DNA of 64,000 nt from an uncultured Candidatus Saccharibacteria bacterium (GCA_964436545.1 CAYTCJ010000001.1:78392-142391), one strand, 5' to 3'. Shown: positions 36,042-45,772, counted from the stretch's first letter. The notes: generated from the sequence alone by a model not told the origin. Translations and numbers: made by a program.

Positions 36042-36665
36042 ATGAGCCTATTTTTCCCCAAACAGCCGGAATTTTTTAAGAATTTGCATGAGTTAAACCA
36101 TCATTTACAGGCCATAGTAAAACTTTTTTCTCGGTTTGCTCAAGAGTTTAACAATTTTAGTGAATTTTCCAAACGAGCTTCGGAAATTGAACATTTGGGC
36201 GACGAAAAAACCCACGAAATTATTACCCAACTAAACACCAGCTTTATGACTCCCATAGACCGGGAGGATATTTATTTGTTAGCTCACCAGTTAGATGACA
36301 TTATAGATTTAGTGGAAAACATAATTCATAACGTGCAACTTTACGGGGTGGAGAAGAAATTTTTTGGCTTGGAAGCTTTTGCTCCGCTTATGCTTCAGGC
36401 TGGGGAAGAAATGGGTAAAATGCTAACGGTTATGGAAAAATTAAAGCACACGTCCGAATTAGTAGAAGTAAAAATTAGAATTCATAATTTGGAAGACGAG
36501 GCGGACAAAATTTTTACCGAGGCGATTAGTAAATTATTTAATTCGGAAACCAACCCCATTACGGTAATTAAAATTAAAGACTTACTGGAAAATTTGGAAC
36601 AAGTGTTAGATAAGTTTCAGAATGTTTGCAACATTATTGAAGGGATTGTGGTTAAAGCAGGGTAG
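36042..36665 (+). CDS. DUF47 phosphate-transport accessory protein
   Basis: EHLGD, FMTPIDREDI, LDDIID; adjacent to pit. Confidence 0.92.
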   Translation: MSLFFPKQPEFFKNLHELNHHLQAIVKLFSRFAQEFNNFSEFSKRASEIEHLGDEKTHEIITQLNTSFMTPIDREDIYLLAHQLDDIIDLVENIIHNVQLYGVEKKFFGLEAFAPLMLQAGEEMGKMLTVMEKLKHTSELVEVKIRIHNLEDEADKIFTEAISKLFNSETNPITVIKIKDLLENLEQVLDKFQNVCNIIEGIVVKAG

Positions 36666-36676
36666 GGCTTACAACT

Positions 36677-37669
36677 ATGGAGCACATTACGCTGTTTATT
36701 ATCTTTATTATTTTTATTGCGTTAGCTTTTGATTTTACCAATGGCATTCACGACGCGGCTAATTCGGTAGCCACCATTGTATCTACCCGCGTCTTAAGTC
36801 CGCGTCAGGCAGTGGCTTGGGCGGCTTTTTTTAATTTTATCGCTTTTTTAGTGTTTGGTACTTCGGTGGCCAAAACCATTGGGAAAGGGCTAATTGATAT
36901 TGCTGTGGTGACTCCGGCAGTGGTTTTAGCCGGATTGTTAGGCGCCATTCTATGGAATTTAATGACTTGGTATTTGGGTTTGCCCACCAGTTCCTCTCAC
37001 GCGCTAATTGGCGGGTATGTGGGTTCGGCTGTGGCCAAAGGCGGGTTGAAGGTAATTTTGTGGGCAGGCTGGACCAAAACTTTGGTGTTTATTGTGTTTG
37101 CGCCTTTAATTGGGTTTTTTCTGGCTTATCTTTTTATTATTATCACTTCTTGGGTGTTGTACAAGCGTCAAGCTTCTCCCACTCCGGTGAACGTGTGGTC
37201 AAAACGGTTGCAATTGGTTTCCGCAGCCCTGTATTCTTTAGGCCATGGGGGCAATGACGCGCAAAAAACCATGGGGATCATTACCAGTTTATTGGTTTCT
37301 GCCGGAGTTTTATCGACTTTTAAAATTCCGCTGTGGGTGGTGCTTTCTGCCCACGGGGCCATGGGACTAGGGACTTTACTGGGCGGATGGCGCATTGTTA
37401 AGACCATGGGGCAGAAAATAGTAAAATTAAGACCCATAGATGGCGTGTGCGCGGAAACGGCCAGTGCGATTAGTTTGTTTATTTCCACTCATTTTGGCGT
37501 GCCGGTGTCCACCACGCACGTGATTACCGGAGCCATTTCCGGCGTGGGTGCCAGCCGAAGACTGTCTGCGGTTCGTTGGCATGTGGCTTTCAAAATTTTG
37601 TGGGCATGGGTGCTTACCATTCCTTGCGCAGCTGTAATGGGGTTTGTGTTATATTGGGTAAGTCATTAG
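36677..37669 (+). CDS. pit: Inorganic phosphate transporter (PiT)
   Basis: NGIHDAANSVAT, HGGNDAQK, PVSTTH. Confidence 0.94.
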   Translation: MEHITLFIIFIIFIALAFDFTNGIHDAANSVATIVSTRVLSPRQAVAWAAFFNFIAFLVFGTSVAKTIGKGLIDIAVVTPAVVLAGLLGAILWNLMTWYLGLPTSSSHALIGGYVGSAVAKGGLKVILWAGWTKTLVFIVFAPLIGFFLAYLFIIITSWVLYKRQASPTPVNVWSKRLQLVSAALYSLGHGGNDAQKTMGIITSLLVSAGVLSTFKIPLWVVLSAHGAMGLGTLLGGWRIVKTMGQKIVKLRPIDGVCAETASAISLFISTHFGVPVSTTHVITGAISGVGASRRLSAVRWHVAFKILWAWVLTIPCAAVMGFVLYWVSH

Positions 37670-37685
37670 CCTTGGGAGCCTAATT

Positions 37686-38240
37686 GTGCAAAAACAGATT
37701 ACTTATCAACATCAAACTCTGCCTTATTGTTTAAAGGTGAGTAGTAGAGCAAAACGGATGCGGTTAAGCGTGGCGTGCGACGCTTCGGTCACTTTAACTC
37801 TGCCTAGGGGAATGGATTTTTGCGTGGCGGAAAAGTTTTTACAAAAGAAGTTAAATTGGGTAGTTAAAGCTTTGGAAAAATTTAAGCTCATTTCACACCG
37901 GATACTGCCGAAATCCAGCCGACGTGAATATTTGCATTACAAACAGCAGGCTTTTAAGTTAGCGGTGGCTAAGGTGCAAGCCTTAAACCAACATTACGGG
38001 TTTGAGTACAAACACATTCGCATCAGAAACCAAAAAACTCGGTGGGGGAGTTGCAGTCGAAAAGGCAATTTAAATTTTAATTATAAAATTGTTTTTTTAC
38101 CCGAAGACCAACTGAATTATTTGGTGGTGCATGAGCTGTGCCATTTGAAAGAGTTTAATCATTCTCCGGCGTTTTGGCGGTTGGTGGCAGAGACCATTCC
38201 CAATTATCGCCACTTAAGAAAACTCCTGCATACCTGGTAA
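37686..38240 (+). CDS. YgjP/DUF45-like zinc metalloprotein
   Basis: RWGSCS, VVHELCH, NHS..FW. Confidence 0.9.
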   Translation: MQKQITYQHQTLPYCLKVSSRAKRMRLSVACDASVTLTLPRGMDFCVAEKFLQKKLNWVVKALEKFKLISHRILPKSSRREYLHYKQQAFKLAVAKVQALNQHYGFEYKHIRIRNQKTRWGSCSRKGNLNFNYKIVFLPEDQLNYLVVHELCHLKEFNHSPAFWRLVAETIPNYRHLRKLLHTW

Positions 38241-38282
38241 CCATTCGCGCGCTTGCCCGCCTCTGGAGGGAATGGTTACCAG
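38234..38282. repeat. Inverted-repeat element CTGGTAACCATTC...GAATGGTTACCAG
   Basis: Perfect 13-bp arms; supplies the stop codon of the upstream gene. Confidence 0.7.
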
Positions 38283-38309
38283 ATTACAATAGTAGTTTTT
38301 TGATATTTT

Positions 38310-38510
38310 ATGAACGGACAACTGAGAGACAATATTAGCATAGGTTTAGAAGTGGAAGTGGTTTTAAAAGCCCACCAAAAAACCGGGCAATTAACCCGGG
38401 GGAAGGTTCTGGAAATTTTAACGAATTCCGCTTTTCATCCGCATGGCATTAAGGTAAGGTTAGCTTCCGGTCAGGTGGGTAGAGTTCAGCACATCATCAA
38501 TCAAAAATAG
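38310..38510 (+). CDS. YwbE-family (DUF2196) protein
   Basis: LTRG..ILTNS..HPHGIKVRL..GQVGRV. Confidence 0.9.
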   Translation: MNGQLRDNISIGLEVEVVLKAHQKTGQLTRGKVLEILTNSAFHPHGIKVRLASGQVGRVQHIINQK

Positions 38511-38511
38511 A

Positions 38512-39915
38512 TTACCTGGAAAAAGATTTTTTAAAAGCCCTGCCGAACCTCGGACGACCGAATCGTGAAAAAGGATTGGGTTTTTTTCGGGCGCCAAAAC
38601 CGGAACGGGAACGGTTAAAACGACCATTGGTAAGCCGTTCGTTATTTTCCGAATGGGTAGGGGAGTCAAATTTTTTGTAAATCGGTTTGGGGGTAGCGGA
38701 ATTGTTAAGGCCCAGCGGAGGCGTTTGGTTAAACGGTGCTCGGTAACTTGGTCGGTGAGCGGAAAAATTTTTAAACGGCGCAACCGGTCTAGAGGAAGCC
38801 AAGTTTTTGGTGGGCAGTTGTTTTTTAATTAAACGTTCAATGTTCCAGACATCGCGTTTTTGGTCTAAGGTAGCCAAAGAAATGGCATGGCCGGCTTGTT
38901 CGGCTCTGCCGGTTCGGCCGATTCTATGCACATAGTCGCTGGCTTGTTCGGGTAAATCGTAATTAATTACCAATTCAATGCCACTTACGTCCAGGCCACG
39001 AGCGGCAATATCGGTTGCCACTAAGACGCGGTATTTGCCCAGCTTAAAGCCTCGCAAAGCTTCTAACCTTTGACTTAAAGATTTGTTGGAATGGATTTCG
39101 GTGGCTGTAAATTTTTGTAATTTTAATTCGCCGGCAATTTTTCTGGCTCCGTGTTTGGTACGGGAAAAAACCAAAGTACTGCCTTTGTATTCATTTAAAA
39201 TTTTCAACAATTCCGGCATTTTACCTTGTCGGTCCACAAAAATTATTTCTTGAGTCACTTTGCTGGCAGTGGAGCCGGCCGGTGCCACTTCCACTCGCAC
39301 CGGTAGCTTCATATAAGTGGAAGCGATTTTAACAATTTCCGGGTCCATGGTGGCGGAAAAGAGCATGGTCTGTCTTTCCTTGGGTACGTGGTTTAAAATT
39401 TGTTTCAATTGGGGGGCAAAACCCATATCTAACATTCTATCGGCTTCGTCTAAAACTAAAATGCCAATATCGGCTAAGCCAATACTTTTTTGTTCTAAGT
39501 GGTCAATGAGTCTTCCGGGGGTGGCAATAATTACGTGGGGCCGGTTTCTTAAAGCATACATTTGGCGAGAGATGGCTTCGCCCCCAATTAATACGGCGGT
39601 TTTTAAGCCTAAGCTTCTGCCTAAATTTTGCAAGGCTTCGTTAACTTGAATGGCTAATTCGCGGGTAGGTAATAAAACGAGGCCTTTAAATTTATTTTGC
39701 GCAATTCTTTGGAGCATGGGCACGCCAAAACCTAAGGTTTTGCCTGTACCCGTTTGAGCAATACCCATAACGTCTTTGCCTTCTATGGCAATGGGTATGG
39801 CTTGCAGTTGAATGGGAGTAGGGGTTTTAAAGCCTTTATGAGTAAGAATTTCTAACAGCTTAGGCGCAATGCCTAGGCCGTGAAAGGAAGTTTCGTTGTT
39901 ATTTATTGGGGTCAA
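38512..39915 (-). CDS. DEAD-box RNA helicase (RhlE-like)
   Basis: AQTGTGKT, PTRELA, DEAD, SAT, HRIGRTGR. Confidence 0.95.
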   Translation of the reverse strand: MTPINNNETSFHGLGIAPKLLEILTHKGFKTPTPIQLQAIPIAIEGKDVMGIAQTGTGKTLGFGVPMLQRIAQNKFKGLVLLPTRELAIQVNEALQNLGRSLGLKTAVLIGGEAISRQMYALRNRPHVIIATPGRLIDHLEQKSIGLADIGILVLDEADRMLDMGFAPQLKQILNHVPKERQTMLFSATMDPEIVKIASTYMKLPVRVEVAPAGSTASKVTQEIIFVDRQGKMPELLKILNEYKGSTLVFSRTKHGARKIAGELKLQKFTATEIHSNKSLSQRLEALRGFKLGKYRVLVATDIAARGLDVSGIELVINYDLPEQASDYVHRIGRTGRAEQAGHAISLATLDQKRDVWNIERLIKKQLPTKNLASSRPVAPFKNFSAHRPSYRAPFNQTPPLGLNNSATPKPIYKKFDSPTHSENNERLTNGRFNRSRSGFGARKKPNPFSRFGRPRFGRAFKKSFSR

Positions 39916-40039
39916 TTGATAGGGGTTAAAACTAAGATTATAATTATATCACAATCCTTTTATTTTGTCAATTATCGATTCTATAAGAATGAATAAAAGG
40001 TGTGATATAATATTTAGGTTAAAAATTAAATACACATTA

Positions 40040-40648
40040 ATGGAAAATACACATCAACATCATGAACAGCTCCCCGGTGGAGTGCAAAAAGTTTTTTTGG
40101 TTTGGGTAGGCGTGTTAGCTTTAAGTTTTGGGTTTGCGTTTTTGGTTGGTCAACAAGTGCTCAGAATGAGCGCAAATGATCCGCAAACCGAAATTATGGC
40201 AAGTTTTTACGAAAGTTTAAGCCAAGGTCAGGATCCCAGTTTGTTTGGTTCTATTCCGCCGGTGGATATGGCTAAAGATTTAACGCCTTTTGTAAATATT
40301 TACGATAGCGAAGGTAAGTTTGTAGCCGGTAACGGACAATTAGATGGGGCCAACCCCAGTCCGCTTAAAGGGAGTTTGGCCACAGCCAAGCAAAAAGGTG
40401 AAGTGTATTTTACTTGGTCACCTAAGGCAGGAGTAAGAATTGCCACTATTTTAAAACCTTACAAAGCAGGTGAGAAAGAAGGTTATATTTTAACCGGTAA
40501 ATCTTTAAAAATCGCTCAAGGGAGAATTGCCAATTTAATGAAGATTGCTGTATTGGGTTTTGTGGTTTCGGTTTTAGTATTGTGGGTTGTGTTAAATTTG
40601 TTAGGATATACCAAACATACATTGCCACATAAAGCTGGCCATGTTTAA
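40040..40648 (+). CDS. Two-TM protein with an extracytoplasmic sensor-like domain
   Basis: ATG at 40040 preferred; two TM helices flank a soluble domain. Confidence 0.65.
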   Translation: MENTHQHHEQLPGGVQKVFLVWVGVLALSFGFAFLVGQQVLRMSANDPQTEIMASFYESLSQGQDPSLFGSIPPVDMAKDLTPFVNIYDSEGKFVAGNGQLDGANPSPLKGSLATAKQKGEVYFTWSPKAGVRIATILKPYKAGEKEGYILTGKSLKIAQGRIANLMKIAVLGFVVSVLVLWVVLNLLGYTKHTLPHKAGHV

Positions 40649-40668
40649 GGAATAAGTTTCAGTTAATA

Positions 40669-40699
40669 ACTAAAAGCCTGGCATAGCCAGGCTTTTAGT
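40669..40699. terminator. Bidirectional terminator
   Basis: ACTAAAAGCCTGGC-ATA-GCCAGGCTTTTAGT between convergent genes. Confidence 0.75.
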
Positions 40700-40703
40700 A
40701 TAT

Positions 40704-41321
40704 TTAAGATGATCTCGTCATGAGCTGTTTTAAAGCCACTTTAAGTCTTTTTTCGTATTCAGATATTCTTGCCTTAACGGTGTTTATGTTTATTTTCTCA
40801 TCTTCTGCAATTTCTTCATAACTCATACCCTCCTGTTTTTTTAATTGGTATAATTTTATAGTGTATAAAAGATAAGTTTTTTTCACCCCGTGAGGGTCAT
40901 GAGTTATTTTGTTGAGTAACTCCCGATTGGCTTTTTCTAGTAAGTCTTTTGCTATTAATCCTTGGTCAAAATTTCTAGGAGGGTGAGGGATGGCATCTAA
41001 ATTATTTTCTTGATTAACATCTACAATTCGTTGATGAGGTCTGCTGGCACGAATGGCATCTATGGCGGTATGATTGACAATTGTAATAAGCCAACCTATT
41101 AAATTTTGTTTATCTTGTTGTGTAGATATGTTTGCCGTTGCTTTAAGTAAGGCTGTTTGGATAATATCTTCAGCTTGTTCGATTAATAAGCGGTTTCCCC
41201 GAAATTTTTTTTTAATATGAGTGAGCAGTAATTTTCTAAGCTCCGGAGAGTTAATGAAATCAATTAGTTCTATTGGATTAATTTTTTCAGGAACTAAAAA
41301 TCTCTGATCTGGGTTAGTCAT
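40704..41321 (-). CDS. ECF-type sigma-70 factor-like protein
   Basis: AEDIIQ..WL.TIVNHTAIDAIR (region 2), GMSYEEIAE..INTVKARI (region 4); ATG at 41321. Confidence 0.8.
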   Translation of the reverse strand: MTNPDQRFLVPEKINPIELIDFINSPELRKLLLTHIKKKFRGNRLLIEQAEDIIQTALLKATANISTQQDKQNLIGWLITIVNHTAIDAIRASRPHQRIVDVNQENNLDAIPHPPRNFDQGLIAKDLLEKANRELLNKITHDPHGVKKTYLLYTIKLYQLKKQEGMSYEEIAEDEKININTVKARISEYEKRLKVALKQLMTRSS

Positions 41322-41346
41322 ATTTGCCAAGAAGAGTTTTAAATTA

Positions 41347-42408
41347 TTAGGCTTCGGGTTTAAAATTTTCCCAGTGGTATTTGTCGGGGTTAAAGCCTTC
41401 TCCACAAGTGGTTTCAATAAGCGCCGTGGCAATTTGGTAGGGGTCTAAGTTGGCAGCGGGGCGCCTGTCTTCCAAATAACCTTTTTTAGCATTGGCAGTG
41501 GCCATGGGGATTCTAATGCTCGCGCCTCTATCGGAAACGCCATAGCGGAATTGTTTATAACTGCAAGTTTCGTGTTTGCCGGTTAAGCGTTTGTCGTTGT
41601 TGGCGCCATACACGCGCATGTGGGCGTTATGAAATTTGCCCAGTTGTTCACAGGCTTTATTAATCACTTCCAGTCCGCCATCTTGGCGCATGGCTTTGGT
41701 GGAAAAATTGGTATGGCCACCGGCGCCATTCCAATCGCCAGTCATGGGTTTGGGGTCCAGTTTGGCATACATTTCAAAATCTTCGCCATGGCGATATAAA
41801 ATCCAACGTGCCAGCCACAACTGGTCGCCGGCTTCCAAAGGCGGAAGTACGCCAATTTGAAATTCCCACTGCGCCGGCATGACTTCGGCATTAATGCCGG
41901 AAATGGCAAAGCCGGCTTTTAAACAATCTTTTAAATGGGCTTCTACAAGTCTTCGGCCATAGACTTCGTCGCTACCCACTCCGCAATAATATTTGCCTTG
42001 CGGGTGAGGAAAACCGTCTTTAGGCCAGCCATAGGGCCAATCTTTGCGGTAGAGGGTGTATTCTTGCTCAAAGCCAAACCAAGGTTCGTGTTCTTGATAT
42101 TTTTCCGCCACTTGTCTAAGCACACTGCGGGTGTTAGTGGGGTGGGGAGTGCCGTCGGCATTTAAGACTTCGCACATGACTAAAATGTTAGGCTCTCCCC
42201 GAATCGGGTCGGGCATAAAATACACCGGACGCAAAGCGCAGTCGGAAAAATGACCTTCGGCTTGTTCGGTGCTACTGCCGTCAAAACCCCAATCGGGGAT
42301 GTCTTTAACTTCTCTTACTGGGCCATCTAAAACTTTGGTTTTGGAACGGAGTTTGGCAGTGGGTTTTTTGCCATCCATCCAAATATATTCTGCAAAAATT
42401 TTTGCCAT
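41347..42408 (-). CDS. glnII: Glutamine synthetase type II
   Basis: AEYIWMDG, WGFDGSST, EQEY, NAEVMPAQWEFQIG, DWNGAG, RLTGKHET, EDRRP; ~350 aa. Confidence 0.92.
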   Translation of the reverse strand: MAKIFAEYIWMDGKKPTAKLRSKTKVLDGPVREVKDIPDWGFDGSSTEQAEGHFSDCALRPVYFMPDPIRGEPNILVMCEVLNADGTPHPTNTRSVLRQVAEKYQEHEPWFGFEQEYTLYRKDWPYGWPKDGFPHPQGKYYCGVGSDEVYGRRLVEAHLKDCLKAGFAISGINAEVMPAQWEFQIGVLPPLEAGDQLWLARWILYRHGEDFEMYAKLDPKPMTGDWNGAGGHTNFSTKAMRQDGGLEVINKACEQLGKFHNAHMRVYGANNDKRLTGKHETCSYKQFRYGVSDRGASIRIPMATANAKKGYLEDRRPAANLDPYQIATALIETTCGEGFNPDKYHWENFKPEA

Positions 42409-42521
42409 ATATTTTTTTGCCAAACTTCAAAAAAGTGAAGTTATTACCAAAAGTTTAAGGGTTGTTTAAATTTAGCCTTGGGTTTTTGGTATCTAAACTT
42501 TGCTTTTTAGAATTTTAACAA

Positions 42522-42689
42522 TAGAATTCACAGGACTGCATGTTTTAGCTAGGGCAAAGCCCTAAGCTTTAAAACATGCATTTAGCCAATTACTTCGTTA
42601 TTTTGCTACGCTTTTTGTCGCCGTATGATGCATACGTCTCCAAAAATTCTCGCAAAATGTCTTGTTCTTGACTAAACCTGTAAATTCTA
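42522..42689 (+). repeat. Structured three-way-junction repeat, copy C (divergent)
   Basis: Closing stem TAGAATTCACAGG/CCTGTAAATTCTA, GGCAAAGCC hairpin, CTTCGTTATTTT..AAAATGTCTTG. Confidence 0.7.
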
Positions 42690-42804
42690 AATTAATTTTT
42701 TATATTTTTAATATAGCAAATTTTTCGGAAAAAAAGGTGTGGACAAAGGGGGTGGTAAGTTGTAAGTTGGTAAGCGAGTAAGTAAATAAGCAGGTAAGAA
42801 AATA

Positions 42805-42837
42805 AGAAAAGCGCGCCGGTGGATGGTACCGGCGCGC
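42805..42837 (-). terminator. Intrinsic terminator of GC-rich small ORF
   Basis: GCGCGCCGGT/ACCGGCGCGC stem then TTTTCTT on the minus strand. Confidence 0.75.
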
Positions 42838-42849
42838 GGGAAAGCTTGA

Positions 42850-43047
42850 TCACTTGCGCGGAAAGCACTCGTGATCGGCTCGCCCCGCCCACTCAACGGT
42901 GGGCGACGGTTGTTTCGGGGGTTCCGCCGGCGGTCGCACCGGCGGGCGGGGGTGCTCAAGTGAGCAACCCCCTGAAGTGGTGGGGGTGGGCAGGGCGTCG
43001 GCCGCATGGCGGTCGACCTCCGGCCCGTGAGGATCCCATTCTTGCAT
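42850..43047 (-). CDS. GC-rich, Pro-rich 65-aa orphan ORF
   Basis: AAAGGAGG SD 5 nt before ATG; terminator directly after the stop. Confidence 0.5.
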   Translation of the reverse strand: MQEWDPHGPEVDRHAADALPTPTTSGGCSLEHPRPPVRPPAEPPKQPSPTVEWAGRADHECFPRK

Positions 43048-43286
43048 GGTATCCTCCTTTCAAGGAGGAGTTTAAAGGAAAGCTGGGAAAATTGTCAAAT
43101 CTTAATGATAGTTTAAAGAAATAATGTTTTGCAATTTATTATATAGAAAATGGATTCCAGATCCATCCACCAGATGGCGGACGGGATGACAAGACAGAAT
43201 TTATCAGACCAATATGACCAATACGTCTGATGGCGTAGTTTGTGTGTTATAATATTCAATATCCAAATAATTAAACTAGACCACCA

Positions 43287-43931
43287 ATGAATAATTCCAT
43301 GCAAGAGAACCATAACCTAAATTCCAATCACGGGCCCATAGCTGCCAGTTTGTATGTGGCGTTTCAAATTATTGCCAATGTCTTGGCAGTTAAAATCGCC
43401 CTCATTCCGTTTACGACTTGGGCAGTGGCCGGCGGAACCATTATTTATCCGTTTACTTTTACCTTGCGAGATTTTGTGCACAAGACTTTGGGTAAAAAAC
43501 AAGCGCGTCAAATTGTAATTTTGGCTGTCTTGGTAAATGTGGTGATGGCAATTTGTTTAATCTTGGTGGGTAAATTAGCTCCGGCTCCGCAGTGGGGACT
43601 GCAGGAGGCGTATGAAAAAATTCTTTTGCCAGTGGGGAGAATTGCAATTGCCAGCATAATTGCGCAAATGGTTTCGGAGTTGGTAGATACGGAAATATTT
43701 TCTCGGGTGTATAAAAAATTCGGAGATGTGGAAGCGGTTTTAATTTCCAATACCATTGCGTTAGTGATAGATAGTTTGTTGTTTGTAGGAATTGCGTTTT
43801 ATGGCACTTTGCCCGGGGCGGTGTTGTGGCAAATTATTGTGGCGCAATTAGGGGTAAAATTTGTGCTGAGCGTTATTTCTTCGCCCACGGTAAAACTCAT
43901 CCCGAGGCAAGTGGAAATGGAGAAAATATAA
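43287..43931 (+). CDS. Queuosine precursor transporter (VUT/YhhQ family)
   Basis: ANVLAVK, YPFTF..D, RIAIAS, DSLLF..IAF. Confidence 0.88.
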   Translation: MNNSMQENHNLNSNHGPIAASLYVAFQIIANVLAVKIALIPFTTWAVAGGTIIYPFTFTLRDFVHKTLGKKQARQIVILAVLVNVVMAICLILVGKLAPAPQWGLQEAYEKILLPVGRIAIASIIAQMVSELVDTEIFSRVYKKFGDVEAVLISNTIALVIDSLLFVGIAFYGTLPGAVLWQIIVAQLGVKFVLSVISSPTVKLIPRQVEMEKI

Positions 43932-44022
43932 AGCAGATTGCTAATGACTAATGACTAATATCGAATGACAAATTAAATTATTATCTATCGTATTTTATTC
44001 GTCATTGATTGGAAATTAGTAA

Positions 44023-44994
44023 TTAGGTTTTAGACATTGTGCTTGATAAGGTTTTTTGATATTTTTTTAAGCGAGTTTCAATTGCCTCAAAGTCTAAGTT
44101 GGTAAGTTTAAGGGTGCCAAAATCTTCCACACAAAAACTGGCTAAGACCGTGGCTATTTCGCAAGCGGTTTTAATAAAATTTAAAGTGGTATTTTGGTGT
44201 TTGGCAATATAACCCATAAGGGCGCCGGCAAAAACATCGCCGGCGCCGGTGGGGTCTTTAACTTTTTTAAGTTTAACTGCGGGCAAAGAAAAGTGGTTGA
44301 GTTTGGCGTTTTTGCCATTGGCAAAAAATAATGTCATACCTTGGGCGCCTTGCTTAATAATGAGCAAGGGTTTAAGTTTGGGGTTCATGAGTTTATAAAT
44401 TTTTTGCGCGCTGTCAAACAGGTTGGTAGTGTGAGAAAGTTCTTGCGCCTCTGTTTCGTTCAGCGTAAGCAGGTGGACTTGTTTGATGACTTTTAGCAAA
44501 TCGGCCTTGGCAGAGTTTATCCAAAAATTCATGGTGTCCAAACCAATAAATTTTGTCCGCTGGGCCGATTGGATTTGTTTTAAAACTTCCAGTTGCAGTT
44601 TAGGGTGGATATTGCCTAAAAATACATAGGTGGATTGGGCGTGTCTGAAAGTTAGTTCAGGGACAAAGTCGGCAAAGACGCCCAATTCGGTTTTTAGGGT
44701 ATCGCGGTGGTTTAAATCTTTATGGTATTTGCCTTGCCAATGAAAAGTTTTACCCGGTTTTTGCTTTAAGCCGGAAATATCCACTTTGTGTTTTATAAAG
44801 ACGGAGAAATGTTTAAAATCATTGCCTACCACGCCCACAATGGCTGTGGGGGCAAAAAAACCGGAGGCCAAAGCAAAATGGCTGGCGCTCCCGCCTAAGG
44901 TCTTGTGGATTTCGCCAAAGGGCGTAATGATGCTATCGTAGGCAATGGAACCCACGCATAATAGCTTGGAAGGTTGACCTGGAGTTTTTCCCAT
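44023..44994 (-). CDS. PfkB-family sugar/nucleoside kinase
   Basis: VGSIAYDSI.TPFG, LGGSA, DTMNFW, DPTGAGD; ATG at 44994. Confidence 0.9.
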   Translation of the reverse strand: MGKTPGQPSKLLCVGSIAYDSIITPFGEIHKTLGGSASHFALASGFFAPTAIVGVVGNDFKHFSVFIKHKVDISGLKQKPGKTFHWQGKYHKDLNHRDTLKTELGVFADFVPELTFRHAQSTYVFLGNIHPKLQLEVLKQIQSAQRTKFIGLDTMNFWINSAKADLLKVIKQVHLLTLNETEAQELSHTTNLFDSAQKIYKLMNPKLKPLLIIKQGAQGMTLFFANGKNAKLNHFSLPAVKLKKVKDPTGAGDVFAGALMGYIAKHQNTTLNFIKTACEIATVLASFCVEDFGTLKLTNLDFEAIETRLKKYQKTLSSTMSKT

Positions 44995-45010
44995 AATATA
45001 ATTATAGCAG

Positions 45011-45205
45011 ATGATTAGACTTACCAATGAACAATTAATTAAAGTTTCAGATATAGCATCGCAAGTTGGGACAGTGGCTTTTAGTTCTGCGATTTTGCCC
45101 TCGGTTTCTGATTTAAAAGGAGTTTGGATGCTTTTTAGTCTTACTTTTGCCTTTGCTTTATGGTATTGGAGTATAATTATAATAAAAATAACAAAGGAAA
45201 TTTAA
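45011..45205 (+). CDS. Small two-TM protein
   Basis: Hydrophobic 64-aa ORF. Confidence 0.5.
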   Translation: MIRLTNEQLIKVSDIASQVGTVAFSSAILPSVSDLKGVWMLFSLTFAFALWYWSIIIIKITKEI

Positions 45206-45209
45206 AATT

Positions 45210-45305
45210 ATGAAAATAGAATTATTTTATGTGGTTTTAGGAATTGCAGTGTTGGCGATCATTTTGGTTGCCTTGCCGACTTTGCTTGACAAGCGGAAAA
45301 AATAA
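45210..45305 (+). CDS. 31-aa hydrophobic peptide MKIELFYVVLGIAVLAIILVALPTLLDKRKK (not in ORF track)
   Basis: Translated by hand; AAAGGA upstream; TM helix plus basic tail. Confidence 0.5.
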   Translation: MKIELFYVVLGIAVLAIILVALPTLLDKRKK

Positions 45306-45402
45306 GCGTAAGCTGGAATTAAGATGAATAAGAAATTAGCCCAAACTGTAGTTATGATGATGCCTTTTGCTACTCGCAAAGGCTAGTTTAGATATTATTT
45401 CT

Positions 45403-45432
45403 AAACCCCGCCCTTTGCAAAGGGCGGGGTTT
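45403..45432. terminator. Perfect 30-bp palindrome / terminator
   Basis: AAACCCCGCCCTTTG|CAAAGGGCGGGGTTT followed by T tract. Confidence 0.7.
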
Positions 45433-45497
45433 GTTTTTTATCCCCTCTGAGGGGAATCATACACAGTAGCGGGTGAGTAAGACGAATATTCACACTT

Positions 45498-45607
45498 TGT
45501 CATTCCGGAATTCTGCTCTTTGTCCCAAAGGGCGGAATATCCGGAATCCAGTTATCATAGAAACTAAATTTTGGATTCCGTCTTAGGTGTACTTGCCCAG
45601 GATGATA
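45498..45607. repeat. REP-like palindrome (TGTCATTCC family)
   Basis: TGTCATTCCGGA..TCCGGAATCCAG..TGGATTCC..GGATGA. Confidence 0.75.
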
Positions 45608-45772
45608 CCAGAGTTATAAAAAGGGTAATTAAACTTTATGAAAATATTTTATTACATAAATCAAAACATGATGATGCGAACCCGCTTGTGGAAGTGGCTA
45701 AATTGCGCGTGAGTTTTCTCCTTCGCAGTTTTGCCACCTTCACCAGGTAGGCAAAATTTTAGGGAGGAAAAA

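Noticed and set aside
42708-43124. Overlapping ORFs 42708-43007 (-) and 42819-43124 (+)
   Set aside because: Stop-poor shadows of a GC-rich patch; only 42850-43047 has an SD and a terminator.
43140-43290. preQ1 riboswitch upstream of the queuosine precursor transporter
   Set aside because: No preQ1 consensus seen; the structured part is half of a REP-like element.
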